DNA from: an uncultured Flavobacteriales bacterium
Lineage (GTDB): Bacteria > Bacteroidota > Bacteroidia > Flavobacteriales_D > Crocinitomicaceae
Assembly (NCBI GenBank): GCA_937876195.1
Contig: CALEIK010000016.1
Span: 33,358-97,357 of the forward strand
Length of the DNA: 64,000 nucleotides
Reading direction: 5' to 3'
A program made the translations under genes and the position numbers. Under the pieces are notes generated by a model, which saw only the letters and a list, made by a program, of their open reading frames with translations, searched no databases and was not told the DNA's origin. Of the stretch, positions 9,281-19,586 are shown in pieces. Each line of letters begins with the position of its first letter. The first letter of the stretch is position 1.

Positions 9281-10295
9281 AATTTTCTAAAAGGAGGTTA
9301 AATTTTTCCTGTTCATCAATTTTTGTGGCAATGGATTGGTAATGCCAATTGTGTTTTTGAGTGTGAATTTCAGTCATGTGTTTTAATCGCATGAAATCTT
9401 TTTCGGTTGTCACAATAATTCCATCTTCCCGTGCAAAAGTATCAAATTTTTCATGAATTTGGTGAATATCTGCGGGTGTAAAATGATGATGATCGCTGAA
9501 TTTAATATGTTCGACGCCGTACTTTTTCGATAAATGCTCAAACAGCGGTTTTGGATTCCCAATTCCTGTAACGAGCAGCACTTTTTGAAAATCTCTAGTT
9601 TGGCTGCCATCAAAGGAAATTATGTTGCCATAAACGATTTTTGAAAAGAACGTTTTATCGCGATTGAACTTAAGTTGTTTAGCAATTTTTACTTTTTCAG
9701 GTTCAGCAACTTCAGTTGGACATTTACTCACGATGACATAATCCGCGCGCTTCTTTCCTGATCGAAATTCACGAAGATTACCCGCAGGAAGCACAAAATC
9801 GTTGGAGTACAAATCCGAATAATCGGTAATTAAAACAGATCGTCCAGCTTTGACCGCTCGGTGCTGAAAGGCGTCGTCTAAAACAATAAGTTGTGTGTCT
9901 GGGTGTTGTTGAAGAATAAATTCAACACCTAATTTTCGTTTTTCGGCAACAACGCCAACGATGGAATCTTGGTACTTTGTTTTGTACAAAAGCGGTTCAT
10001 CTCCAACATTTTCTGCGGTTGAATTTGTTTTGACTTCGAGAACGCCAGAGGAAGACCTGCCATACCCGCGACTTAAGACAGCTGTTTTGGTTCCCGTGGA
10101 TAAAAAAAGACGTGCAATATAATCAACGTGGGGTGTTTTTCCTGTTCCGCCAGTCGATAGATTTCCGATACAAATGGATTTTGCAGGAATGGGATAAGAA
10201 GAGAAAATCCCAACATCAAAAAGCAGATTCCTAATTGCTACAACACTCCCGTAAATCAAGCTAAATGGGAGGAGGAGCAATCGAAGGTTCTTCAT
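9264..10295 (-). CDS. lpxK: tetraacyldisaccharide 4'-kinase LpxK
   Basis: 343 aa. P-loop GNLSTGGTGKTP. LpxK length and layout. 17-nt overlap with the downstream PNP gene. Confidence 0.9.
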   Translation of the reverse strand: MKNLRLLLLPFSLIYGSVVAIRNLLFDVGIFSSYPIPAKSICIGNLSTGGTGKTPHVDYIARLFLSTGTKTAVLSRGYGRSSSGVLEVKTNSTAENVGDEPLLYKTKYQDSIVGVVAEKRKLGVEFILQQHPDTQLIVLDDAFQHRAVKAGRSVLITDYSDLYSNDFVLPAGNLREFRSGKKRADYVIVSKCPTEVAEPEKVKIAKQLKFNRDKTFFSKIVYGNIISFDGSQTRDFQKVLLVTGIGNPKPLFEHLSKKYGVEHIKFSDHHHFTPADIHQIHEKFDTFAREDGIIVTTEKDFMRLKHMTEIHTQKHNWHYQSIATKIDEQEKFNLLLENYVNEI

Positions 10296-10310
10296 GAATG
10301 TAAGCGGGTA

Positions 10311-10976
10311 TTATTCGTTGTGGTAATCAGAAAATGCTTGTTCATCATCATAATAGTAAATACGGACTTGAGCTGTGTCGTTTAGAAAATCAATTCTTCC
10401 AACGTCAAATCGATTGATGGTCAATCCAGTTCTTGTCTCTAAATCAGTTTTCATCTCCTCGTATTTATCTGGGACGATTAAGTCTATCCGTTCATAAACG
10501 ATTGTTTTTCGCGTTAAGTGCTTTACCAACCACAAATATTCCAATCCGTACGTTAAAGCTACAACACTTAAATTAATTAGCGCCAATTCCGCCAAACTAA
10601 TTTTTTTAGATGCCAAAGAATTGATTACACTGATTCCAATGATAAGAAATAGGTAGGTCATTTCTTTTATTTCAATGGCGTCCGTTCGGTAACGAATAAT
10701 TCCAAAGATCGCGAACAATCCAAGTCCCATTCCAGTATCAATATCCAGCTTTCTCAAACTAAAACAGATAAAAAACGTAATGATCCCAATGAGGTAATAC
10801 GTAAAAAGGTAATCCTTGCGCTTGGTGATAGGATAATACAAATAACGAATAATGACTGTCATGAATGCCAAATTCACTACTAGGCGTATCATTAGTGAGT
10901 AAAGGTCTTCTTTAAACCAATAGAAATCCAAGAAATCTGGTGCAACCTTTGGTGCGAGGATAAAATCAAGCAGCAT
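10311..10976 (-). CDS. DUF4956-type integral membrane protein
   Basis: 221 aa with 4-5 hydrophobic helices. Overlaps the VTC-domain gene by 11 nt. This family typically partners bacterial VTC-domain proteins. Confidence 0.7.
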   Translation of the reverse strand: MLLDFILAPKVAPDFLDFYWFKEDLYSLMIRLVVNLAFMTVIIRYLYYPITKRKDYLFTYYLIGIITFFICFSLRKLDIDTGMGLGLFAIFGIIRYRTDAIEIKEMTYLFLIIGISVINSLASKKISLAELALINLSVVALTYGLEYLWLVKHLTRKTIVYERIDLIVPDKYEEMKTDLETRTGLTINRFDVGRIDFLNDTAQVRIYYYDDEQAFSDYHNE

Positions 10977-11727
10977 TTGTCTGTATCTTTTTAAGTGTAA
11001 TTAGCTTCTTTTTAGAACGGTTGTATTTGATGGTGCCATTCTCATACATTTGAATCATACCAATACAATATTTACTAATGCGCAAAGGTCGAATTAGGTG
11101 TTTTTTCATGAGTTGATAGAACGCCGAGTTTCGTTGTGCTTTGTGCTGTTTAAGTTCAGCGATGACAATATCTGTAATTTTTTTCTTCTTTCCTTCCCAT
11201 TCATACGAAATATTGATGTCCAACGTCAGACGCTCTGGAATAGTTTTATGCACCAAAGTGATTCTGCTGAAGCGATTCATAAGGCTAGGGGACAAATTAC
11301 CTTCAACACCAATGCTCTTTACAAAATCTTTTTGATTGGAGTTCATTTCAGTGGTGATGTCATCAGCGGGAATTCTCGTTTTTTCTGTACGCCCATTTAC
11401 CTTGTGCTTTATTTCTAAAAACGAAATTCCCGAATTGAGGTATTTTCGAAAGCGCACTTTGAAACGATTGATTTTTTTTCGCTGGTGATCACCAAATGAA
11501 GTCAATTTTTTATCGTCAAAATATAAACTCTCGTAATTGGTAATTAGACTGTTGTCTACTTTCAGAATTCGATAATCAGAAGCCAGTAATGGTAGGAATT
11601 CATTCAACTTGGATTCATTAAACGTAAATTTAGTATCGACCCTATTCATGAGTTGAACCGCGTCCATTTCTTCCAAACCGATGGTCTCAAAATTTTCTAA
11701 CAGATGATCTACGCTTGTAGTTGACAT
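10966..11727 (-). CDS. VTC (polyphosphate-polymerase-like triphosphate tunnel) domain protein
   Basis: 253 aa. N-terminal LMNRVDTKF and the basic strand RFKVRFRKY resemble triphosphate-tunnel/VTC catalytic strands. Soluble protein. Confidence 0.7.
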   Translation of the reverse strand: MSTTSVDHLLENFETIGLEEMDAVQLMNRVDTKFTFNESKLNEFLPLLASDYRILKVDNSLITNYESLYFDDKKLTSFGDHQRKKINRFKVRFRKYLNSGISFLEIKHKVNGRTEKTRIPADDITTEMNSNQKDFVKSIGVEGNLSPSLMNRFSRITLVHKTIPERLTLDINISYEWEGKKKKITDIVIAELKQHKAQRNSAFYQLMKKHLIRPLRISKYCIGMIQMYENGTIKYNRSKKKLITLKKIQTNAA

Positions 11728-11805
11728 GTCTCCAAAGTTAAGAGAATGTTTTTATTTTGTTAAAATGGATTAAAAAAAGAATCCAACCCTTACATGAAAA
11801 GTTGG

Positions 11806-12939
11806 TTATTCTATCAATCCTAAACACACCTTCATGCGAATAATTCGTTTTGCTGCTGTTTCCACTTGCTGCTTGAACTCCTCATTTTCATTGTATTCTT
11901 TTAAAATTTCTCGGTGCGCTAAACGGGTGTCTTTTGGCATAAGGAGAATATCACAACCTGCAGCAATTGCCTTAACCGAAGCGTTGGGGACATTTACCAC
12001 GCCGCCCATATTCATTGCGTCAGTGACAATCAAGCCATTAAAACCGAGACTGTCTCTTAATAAATCTGTCACGATGACCTTTGAAGTAGTCGCTGGTAAG
12101 CCATGTGTATTGTATTTTTCATTGTTTTGGACTGCAATATGCGCAACCATAATTGACAAAACACCTTGCTCAATCAGAGGGGGGTAGTTGCCAATCTCTT
12201 TCAGTTCGCCATTGATCGTTTGCAGCGATTTATGTGTGTCACCTGTCACTAATCCGTGACCTGGGAAGTGTTTTGCTGTGGCAATGATGTTTTGTTGTTG
12301 CGACTGTTGAATAAATGCATTTGAAAAGGGAACAATATTCGCTGGATCTGTTCCAAAACCTCTGTAGCCTACTGTTTTGTTTGGAGACATGTCCACAACA
12401 GGTGAGAAGTTATAGTTGATGCCGATCTCATTCAAATCATTCGAAATGCTCCTTGCTACTTGAATAACGCCCTCTTCACTAGTTAAGGTATTAGCCTTGG
12501 GTACTGTTGCAGATCCCGTAATTTTCCGGTTGACTAAGCTCGGCTCTGCATCCGCAGAATATAAAAACGGAAGATTCCCTACCTGGCGATTCAAGTTCTC
12601 ATATTTTTTCACCCAGTCAGTGAATTGAGTTTTTGTACCATTTAAGAGCAATATTCCACCAATCTGATGATCGTTGATCAATGAGGTGATCGTGTCTTCA
12701 CTCATTCCTAATCTCCCAGCTGCTGGCATGATAAGCTGCGCAACAATTTGATTTTCATTTAATTGCTGATAAATACTATCCACTTTTCTGTCCAACAATA
12801 CATGGCTCATCAGAAATGAATTCAGATTAATGAATCTCAGGTTTTCAGGTGCAGGAATTTCGGTGCGGCTCTCTGGATGCTGTGCACAGACGTTGAAAAG
12901 TATTGATTGAAAAATGACTACACTGAAAATTAACCTCAT
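11806..12939 (-). CDS. glycoside hydrolase family 3 N-terminal domain protein (beta-N-acetylhexosaminidase, NagZ-like), secreted
   Basis: 377 aa. Signal peptide. KHFPGHG...GDTH and VTDAMNMGG motifs of GH3. Confidence 0.85.
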   Translation of the reverse strand: MRLIFSVVIFQSILFNVCAQHPESRTEIPAPENLRFINLNSFLMSHVLLDRKVDSIYQQLNENQIVAQLIMPAAGRLGMSEDTITSLINDHQIGGILLLNGTKTQFTDWVKKYENLNRQVGNLPFLYSADAEPSLVNRKITGSATVPKANTLTSEEGVIQVARSISNDLNEIGINYNFSPVVDMSPNKTVGYRGFGTDPANIVPFSNAFIQQSQQQNIIATAKHFPGHGLVTGDTHKSLQTINGELKEIGNYPPLIEQGVLSIMVAHIAVQNNEKYNTHGLPATTSKVIVTDLLRDSLGFNGLIVTDAMNMGGVVNVPNASVKAIAAGCDILLMPKDTRLAHREILKEYNENEEFKQQVETAAKRIIRMKVCLGLIE

Positions 12940-13955
12940 GGATTGAATATTTTATCAAAATAACTCTCAAAGTTAACATGTTCCCACATGTCTTCTTTTC
13001 TCAAAGCTATTGTTTTGTTCACAAGACGATGTTTGTCAACAATCATACCATAGCCAAATAGCGGAGTTTTTAGTTTATTTTGAGTGAACATGGAGGTAGT
13101 ACCAAACCGTAAATCGTACAATTCCAGCGTATCTTCTTTCCAGATCGTTGAATAGTAACCGTTCGTTAAAAACTTCAGTGTAGCACTGTGATTTTGAGTT
13201 TTCCAATCAAGTTCATCTAACGCGGCATGATTTTTTTGAATGATTTCTATATCGTTTGGATTGAAATCATAAAACAGAGATTTGTAGCCGATGTAATAAT
13301 TCGAATCGCTTTCAGTCAACATCATCCAATAAAAGGAGGTAAAGGGCATTGGAGTGACAATCGTATTTTTAGTGTGCAATCCTGCCGAGTTAAAATAGTC
13401 GTCGGATTTATTGAGAATGGTCAGTTTCACAATTACGCACCAAAGTAAATAAGCACTTGAATAGATAATTCCTGTGTAATTCAATCGTTTTCGCCATATA
13501 TTTTCACGCTTTAGGAACAAAACGACAAGGAGTAGAAGTCCGAAAGGGAGGGTGTACAATGGATCGACGACGAAAACGCTGTTAAAAGTTAATCGGAGAT
13601 CAAACGGCCAGAAGAACTGGGTGCCGTAGTTGGTAAAAATGTCCAGCATAGGATGTGTGATAATACTTGCAAAAGCAAGCCAAAACCAAATTTTGTACTC
13701 AAAGCGTTTTTTGTATAGTCGATACAGCAAGTAGGCCATTATCGGTGCAACGAGCATGGCAAATACAATCGAGTGTGAGAACCCTCTATGCAACAATGCA
13801 CCATCAATGGGATTTACAAGTGAACGAAAGAAGACGTCCAAGTCAGGAATGGTTCCGCACACAGCTCCCCAAAGTGCAGCTTTGTTTCCCATTTTCCTAC
13901 CGCCAATAGCTTCTCCAACTGCTGCGCCAAGAACTATTTGTGTGAGTGAATCCAT
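12936..13955 (-). CDS. membrane-bound metal-dependent hydrolase (YdjM/DUF457 family)
   Basis: 339 aa. N-terminus MDSLTQIVLGAAVGEA...HRGFSHS is typical of the YdjM family. Multiple TM helices. 4-nt overlap with the GH3 gene. Confidence 0.75.
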   Translation of the reverse strand: MDSLTQIVLGAAVGEAIGGRKMGNKAALWGAVCGTIPDLDVFFRSLVNPIDGALLHRGFSHSIVFAMLVAPIMAYLLYRLYKKRFEYKIWFWLAFASIITHPMLDIFTNYGTQFFWPFDLRLTFNSVFVVDPLYTLPFGLLLLVVLFLKRENIWRKRLNYTGIIYSSAYLLWCVIVKLTILNKSDDYFNSAGLHTKNTIVTPMPFTSFYWMMLTESDSNYYIGYKSLFYDFNPNDIEIIQKNHAALDELDWKTQNHSATLKFLTNGYYSTIWKEDTLELYDLRFGTTSMFTQNKLKTPLFGYGMIVDKHRLVNKTIALRKEDMWEHVNFESYFDKIFNP

Positions 13956-14089
13956 TGATTAATTTACGAAGCGTAAAGATGGAAAGAAAATGGTCTAAGC
14001 TGAAGGTTGACGTCATAATTTTTACTAATTTAAATGGAGAAGTGAATTTTATGGGCTTCATTTTAGTTTAAACATTAAAACCTAATCAC

Positions 14090-14785
14090 ATGAACAGACT
14101 ACCAATGACAACTATTAAGTCGTGGGCGGAAGAAGATCGTCCGAGAGAAAAAATGATTTTGAAAGGTCGAACTGCACTAACTGATGCAGAGCTGCTCGCC
14201 ATACTAATCGGTTCAGGAACTCGAGATGTTTCAGCCGTGGAACTCGCGCGTGAAATTTTAGCCAATTCCCAAAATAGTTTGGCTGAATTGTCAACGAAGT
14301 CAATCGCTGAATTTATGAAATTCAAAGGAATAGGAGAGGCAAAGGCAATCACCTTGTACGCAGCAATGGAAATCGCTCGAAGAAGAGCATCAAGTGGAGA
14401 GAGGAATCGTTACAAAGTGCGTTCATCAAAAGATGCGTACAATTATATCAAAGCTGATTTAAGCGATTTAAAACACGAAGAGTTTTACATTATCCTATTG
14501 AACAGAGCCAACGAAATCATCGGTAAATCTCAAATTTCTAAAGGTGGACTCTCTGGAACCATTGCGGACGGAAAAGTCATTTTTAGTAAAGCGTTGGAAT
14601 TGAATTCAAGTGCTATTGTTTTGGCGCACAATCATCCAAGTGGTCAACTGAAACCAAGTGAAGAGGACAAGCGGCTGACAAAGTCGTATATTGCGTTTGG
14701 GAAATACATCGATTTGCATATTTTGGATCATCTAATTATTGCTGACGATAATTATTATAGTTTTGCAGATGACGGGTTAATGTAA
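14090..14785 (+). CDS. radC: RadC-family JAB/MPN domain protein
   Basis: 231 aa. HhH region LLAILIGSGT and JAMM motif HNHPSG in the C-terminal domain. Confidence 0.9.
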   Translation: MNRLPMTTIKSWAEEDRPREKMILKGRTALTDAELLAILIGSGTRDVSAVELAREILANSQNSLAELSTKSIAEFMKFKGIGEAKAITLYAAMEIARRRASSGERNRYKVRSSKDAYNYIKADLSDLKHEEFYIILLNRANEIIGKSQISKGGLSGTIADGKVIFSKALELNSSAIVLAHNHPSGQLKPSEEDKRLTKSYIAFGKYIDLHILDHLIIADDNYYSFADDGLM

Positions 14786-14794
14786 TACGACTAA

Positions 14795-15940
14795 ATGAAA
14801 AAAATCATCACGATTGTTGGGGCGCGACCTCAAATCATCAAATCTTCGGCAATAAGTAGAGCGATTTCCACTCATTTTAAAAATGATTTGAAAGAAGTGA
14901 TTGTCCATACAGGACAGCATTACGACGAGAATATGTCGCATGTCTTTTTTGAAGAAATGGCAATTCCTTTTCCAGATTACAATTTAAATGTAGGGAGTGG
15001 TTCACATGGAAAACAAACAGCCAAAATGCTTGAGGGATTGGAAGAAATTTTCATAAAAGAGACGCCTGATGCCGTTTTAGTGTATGGAGATACAAATTCG
15101 ACCATTGCAGGCGCATTGGCAGCTACCAAAATTTTTATCCCCGTTATTCATGTCGAAGCTGGATTGAGAAGTTACAATAAAGCCATGCCCGAAGAGGTGA
15201 ATCGTATTGCATGTGATCACATGTCGACATTGTTGTTTACACCTACAGTGTCGGGAATTACTAACTTGAAGAAAGAAGGTTTTTCCATGGATACAAGTAA
15301 GAAAGCATCTGCCAACAATCCCCATGTATACCATTGTGGTGATATCATGTACGACAATAGCCTGCATTTTTCGAACGTTTCAGATGAAAAGTCAACAATT
15401 TTGAAAGATCTTGACTTAACAGCGGATCAGTTTGTTTTGTGCACTGTTCACCGTGATTCGAATACTGATATCAAAGAGAATATGGAACAAATTTTCTCAG
15501 CGCTCTTGGCGATTGGTGAAAATTCGGATTTGAAAGTCGTTTTACCGTTGCACCCACGCACGAAGCATAAGATGAAGGATCAATTGAGTGTGGAATTGTA
15601 TGAATCAATTGAAGAAAGTGAACATATGTTGATTATTCCTCCCGCAGGATTTTTGGATATTATCTCTTTGGAAAAGAATGCGCGTATCATTGTTACCGAT
15701 TCTGGTGGACTTCAAAAGGAATCCTTTTTCTTCCAGAAACCATGCGTTATTTTACGTCCTCAAACTGAGTGGGTAGAAATAGTGGAGAATGGAAATGCAG
15801 TTTTGGCAGACGCTGATTATGATCGAATCGTTGATGGATTCAATCAACTATTGATAAAAGATGATTATACCTATCCAACGTACTATGGTGATGGAAAAGC
15901 TGCCGAGTTTATCTGTCAAAAAATAATAGAACAACTGTAG
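14795..15940 (+). CDS. wecB: UDP-N-acetylglucosamine 2-epimerase (non-hydrolysing)
   Basis: 381 aa. VGARPQIIK, HTGQHYD, GDTNST, VTDSGGLQKE motifs. Confidence 0.92.
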   Translation: MKKIITIVGARPQIIKSSAISRAISTHFKNDLKEVIVHTGQHYDENMSHVFFEEMAIPFPDYNLNVGSGSHGKQTAKMLEGLEEIFIKETPDAVLVYGDTNSTIAGALAATKIFIPVIHVEAGLRSYNKAMPEEVNRIACDHMSTLLFTPTVSGITNLKKEGFSMDTSKKASANNPHVYHCGDIMYDNSLHFSNVSDEKSTILKDLDLTADQFVLCTVHRDSNTDIKENMEQIFSALLAIGENSDLKVVLPLHPRTKHKMKDQLSVELYESIEESEHMLIIPPAGFLDIISLEKNARIIVTDSGGLQKESFFFQKPCVILRPQTEWVEIVENGNAVLADADYDRIVDGFNQLLIKDDYTYPTYYGDGKAAEFICQKIIEQL

Positions 15941-15941
15941 T

Positions 15942-17207
15942 ATGCATATTCTAGCGGATAAGATTACAAATCGTTTGGTGTACACACTGGATTTTGTATT
16001 CAAGTCGCGCGGTATTGACTATGTTTTACTCACTGATTTGACTGAATTTAACACCTGTACAGGACCGAAAATTAGCTATTCAAGCCAGTTGATTGAGCCC
16101 CAATTTATTGCTCCTTGTTCTTTATTGTTTGAAGAAGGAATTTCAAATCCTACTATTGAAAAATCAGCGTTTGAGAATGTTGAATGCCTTTCATTCAATG
16201 GCATTTCTGATCCCATTGCAACGGTTTTCCATGTTTTAACGCGGTACGAAGAATATGCTTCAAGTCAGAAAGATGAACATGGACGGTTTCCCTTTGAAGC
16301 AAGTGTTTTGCATCGATTTGGATGGATTGAGCAATGTATCTGTGATCGAATTGCGCAGGAAATTATTGGTTTTAGTGGCTTGGAAATTGAATCGAAAAAA
16401 TCGAATCCGACGATTGTTCCAACGTTTGATATCGACAATACCTATGCTTACAAATGGAAGCAGGGGAAAAGAAAATTTTTGTCGGTTTGCAAAGACCTGG
16501 TTCGATTCGATATCGCCCGACTGCGCGAGCGAATGGAGGTGACAAAAGGCCGCAAGGATCCCTACGACACGTTTGATCAAATTAAGGAAATTGCTAAACA
16601 AAACGAGCATGTAAAATTGTTTTGGCTGGTCGGAGATAGTGCAGAGAAGGATAGAAACATCTCCATTGAACATCAAGGACATCAGTTACTTATTCAAGAA
16701 ATGTGTGCCGTGGCGGAAGTCAATTTACACCCTAGTTATGCTTCCAACGGAAAGCAAAATACCATTGATCGAGAAAAGAAGCGTTTGGAGCAAGTAACGG
16801 GTAAGGCGATTCAATGTTCTCGTCAACATTTTTTGCGTTTTCAGCTCCCAACAACGTACCGCTCATTGATCGCTTGTGGTTTTATGCACGAGTATTCCAT
16901 GGGTTTTGCCGAGCACGTAGGCTTTCGCGCTGGAACGGCACGTTCGCATCATTGGTTTGATGTTGAAACGAATGAAAAAACGAGTTTGATCATTCATCCT
17001 TTTGCATATATGGATGGCACACTCAACGAGTACATGAAATTGAGTATTTCTGAAAGTATAGAGAAAATCAAGCAATTATACGATGAAGTCGCAATCTATG
17101 GCGGTGACTTTGTCTTTATTTGGCACAACGAAACCATTGGAGATTATAAACACTGGAACGGATGGGGTGAAGTTCTGAAATCTAGCTTAACTTTGAAGTA
17201 TGAATAA
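15942..17207 (+). CDS. conserved hypothetical protein (possibly polysaccharide-deacetylase-like)
   Basis: 421-aa ORF starting 2 nt after the wecB stop and overlapping the next gene by 8 nt. No motif I can assign with confidence. Confidence 0.6.
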   Translation: MHILADKITNRLVYTLDFVFKSRGIDYVLLTDLTEFNTCTGPKISYSSQLIEPQFIAPCSLLFEEGISNPTIEKSAFENVECLSFNGISDPIATVFHVLTRYEEYASSQKDEHGRFPFEASVLHRFGWIEQCICDRIAQEIIGFSGLEIESKKSNPTIVPTFDIDNTYAYKWKQGKRKFLSVCKDLVRFDIARLRERMEVTKGRKDPYDTFDQIKEIAKQNEHVKLFWLVGDSAEKDRNISIEHQGHQLLIQEMCAVAEVNLHPSYASNGKQNTIDREKKRLEQVTGKAIQCSRQHFLRFQLPTTYRSLIACGFMHEYSMGFAEHVGFRAGTARSHHWFDVETNEKTSLIIHPFAYMDGTLNEYMKLSISESIEKIKQLYDEVAIYGGDFVFIWHNETIGDYKHWNGWGEVLKSSLTLKYE

Positions 17208-17592
17208 GTCAATCGTAATTACCGGAGTTATTTTAATTGTCATTTCCATCCTATTGGGGGCTTTTGGGGCTCATGCATTGAAAGAGGTGTTGGATTCAAA
17301 CCAATTGACTTCATTTGAAACTGGAGTGCGTTACCAGATGTACCATGGATTGGGATTGTTAATGCTTGGTATGGGTGCTCAGAAATTCGGTTTCTCGTTG
17401 CGTTGGACGTTCCGATTAATGCTTGTTGGTGTCATTCTGTTTAGTGGATCAATCTACTTATTATCCATGCAAGATGTCTTAGACGTATCATTTCGATTTT
17501 TAGGACCAATCACTCCGTTGGGAGGTGTTTTATTGATCACTTCATGGAGTATTTTATTGTTTCAATTGATTAAATCAAGGAAACCAGCATGA
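17200..17592 (+). CDS. DUF423 family small membrane protein
   Basis: 130 aa with four hydrophobic helices. GAFGAHAL motif is characteristic of DUF423. Confidence 0.75.
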   Translation: MNKSIVITGVILIVISILLGAFGAHALKEVLDSNQLTSFETGVRYQMYHGLGLLMLGMGAQKFGFSLRWTFRLMLVGVILFSGSIYLLSMQDVLDVSFRFLGPITPLGGVLLITSWSILLFQLIKSRKPA

Positions 17593-18374
17593 TTAAAAAA
17601 GCGACAGTCACAGTACTTGGATCTGGAACTTCTCAAGGGGTTCCGGTGATTGCTTGTTCCTGTACGGTCTGCGCTTCAGAAGATACAAAAGACAATCGCT
17701 TGCGTTGTGCTATCTTAGTTGCATTTGATGATGCCAATTACGTGATAGATAGCGGTCCTGATTTCCGTCAGCAGATGCTCAGAGAGAAGGTGAAAAGTTT
17801 AAGTGCTGTCATATTCACCCATGAACACAAAGATCATTTGGCGGGATTGGATGATGTACGCGCGTTTAATTTCGTTGAAAAACGCGACATGGAAGTCTAT
17901 TGTACAGACCGCGTTGAAGATGCTTTGCGCAGAGAATTTCATTATGTATTTGATGCGGATAAATACCCAGGTGTTCCAAGACTAAATCTGAATCGCATCC
18001 ATAAAGATGAGGTGTTTGAACTGTCGAACGGTGTGAAAGTTGCACCGATCGAAGTGAAACACTTTAATTTACCGGTATTGGGATTTAGGATTGGAGATTT
18101 CACCTACATTACGGATGCTAAAACAATTTCGGAAGAAGAAAAACAAAAAGTAAAAGGCACAAAAACGTTGATTGTAAATGCATTACGTGAGCAGCAACAT
18201 ATTTCTCATTTTAATTTAGAGGAGGCGCTAGCATTCATTAAAGAAATGAATCCAGAGCGTGCTTATCTGACACATATTTCACATTTATTTGGCAAACATG
18301 GCGATATTGAGCAATTGCTTCCAGAGAATGTGTTTGTCGCATATGATGGATTAAAGATAGAAATTGAAGCGTGA
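17589..18374 (+). CDS. MBL-fold metallo-hydrolase (PhnP/GPP-like)
   Basis: 261 aa. HEHKDH (HxHxDH) metal-binding motif. 4-nt overlap with the upstream gene. Confidence 0.85.
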   Translation: MIKKATVTVLGSGTSQGVPVIACSCTVCASEDTKDNRLRCAILVAFDDANYVIDSGPDFRQQMLREKVKSLSAVIFTHEHKDHLAGLDDVRAFNFVEKRDMEVYCTDRVEDALRREFHYVFDADKYPGVPRLNLNRIHKDEVFELSNGVKVAPIEVKHFNLPVLGFRIGDFTYITDAKTISEEEKQKVKGTKTLIVNALREQQHISHFNLEEALAFIKEMNPERAYLTHISHLFGKHGDIEQLLPENVFVAYDGLKIEIEA

Positions 18375-18420
18375 ATTGTTAGATTATTCTAAATTTGCAG
18401 TACCCCAAACTAGTTCAAAT

Positions 18421-19233
18421 ATGACAAACGGTATACTTAAAGGAAAAAGAGGAATTATATTCGGTGCTTTAAACGAGCAATCGATTGCATGGAAGGTCGC
18501 TGAAAGAGCGCATGAAGAAGGAGCAGTTTTTGTATTAACGAATGCACCAATCGCTATGCGTATGGGTGAGATTAACGCCCTTGCAGATAAAACAAACAGT
18601 AAAGTTATTCCAGCTGACGCGACGAGTGTTGAAGATCTTGAGAACTTGATTTCCCAATCCATGGAGATTTTGGGTGGAAAAATTGATTTTGTTCTTCATT
18701 CAATTGGAATGTCAATCAACGTGCGTAAAGGTCGCCACTATACAGATGAAAATTACGAGTTTACAATGAAAGGCTTAGACGTATCTGCGTTGTCATTTCA
18801 TAAAGTGTTGCAATCTGCTATGAAGTTAGACGCCATGAATGAATGGGGTTCTGTTGTAGCACTTACGTATATTGCAGCGCAACGTGTTTTTCCAGATTAC
18901 AATGATATGGCTGACAATAAATCGTATTTGGAATCTATTGCAAGAAGCTTTGGTTATCACTACGGAATTGCGAAAAAAGTACGTGTAAATACGATTTCTC
19001 AATCTCCTACAATGACAACTGCAGGAAGTGGTGTGAAAGGTTTCGATTCGTTTATTAACTACTCCGAAAAAATGTCTCCGCTAGGAAATGCGGATGCTGT
19101 GGATTGTGCGAATTATTGCATTGCGATGTTCTCTGATTACACGAAATATGTCACCATGCAGAATCTTTTCCATGATGGAGGATTCTCGAATACGGGTGTC
19201 ACGCAAGAGGTAATGGATCGATTTGCAGAATAA
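18421..19233 (+). CDS. fabI: enoyl-[acyl-carrier-protein] reductase (NADH) FabI
   Basis: MTNGILKGKRGIIFGALNEQSIAW is a FabI N-terminus. I chose the ATG at 18421 rather than the ORF-track start 18364, which overlaps the upstream gene. SDR fold with Y/K region. Confidence 0.88.
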   Translation: MTNGILKGKRGIIFGALNEQSIAWKVAERAHEEGAVFVLTNAPIAMRMGEINALADKTNSKVIPADATSVEDLENLISQSMEILGGKIDFVLHSIGMSINVRKGRHYTDENYEFTMKGLDVSALSFHKVLQSAMKLDAMNEWGSVVALTYIAAQRVFPDYNDMADNKSYLESIARSFGYHYGIAKKVRVNTISQSPTMTTAGSGVKGFDSFINYSEKMSPLGNADAVDCANYCIAMFSDYTKYVTMQNLFHDGGFSNTGVTQEVMDRFAE

Positions 19234-19260
19234 TTTTATTTTCAATTAAATAAGTTTAAA

Positions 19261-19296
19261 TCGTCCGTTCACAGCATGTGGACGGACGATTTTTTT
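19261..19296 (+). terminator. intrinsic terminator after fabI
   Basis: 10-bp stem 19261-19270 / 19280-19289 (tcgtccgttc...gacggacga) followed by T7. Confidence 0.8.
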
Positions 19297-19586
19297 AAAT
19301 TGATTATGGTAAATTAACGATGCTTAATTAGTTGTCGAAATATACTTAATTAACTCTTTTTTAGGTTGTTAAATAATTAAATATCGCACCTGCGAAGCAA
19401 GCACTGAAAGTAATATTTCGATATGTCATTCATAGGCGAGAACTAGAAATATCCTGACTTATCTTTCATCAAAATTAGAGGTGAGTTTGGTAGCGTCAAC
19501 AGCGAAAAATAATAAAAGTTGATATGCATGCATAATAAATAAATGTTATTAAACGTTAAAATGGAAACCAATTAAAAAGCTGATCT

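Noticed and set aside
14090-14785. RadC/JAB gene as a marker of a mobile or defence island
   Set aside because: It is flanked by core envelope and fatty-acid genes (ydjM-like, wecB, fabI) with no mobility or defence partners, consistent with the chromosomal housekeeping radC copy.
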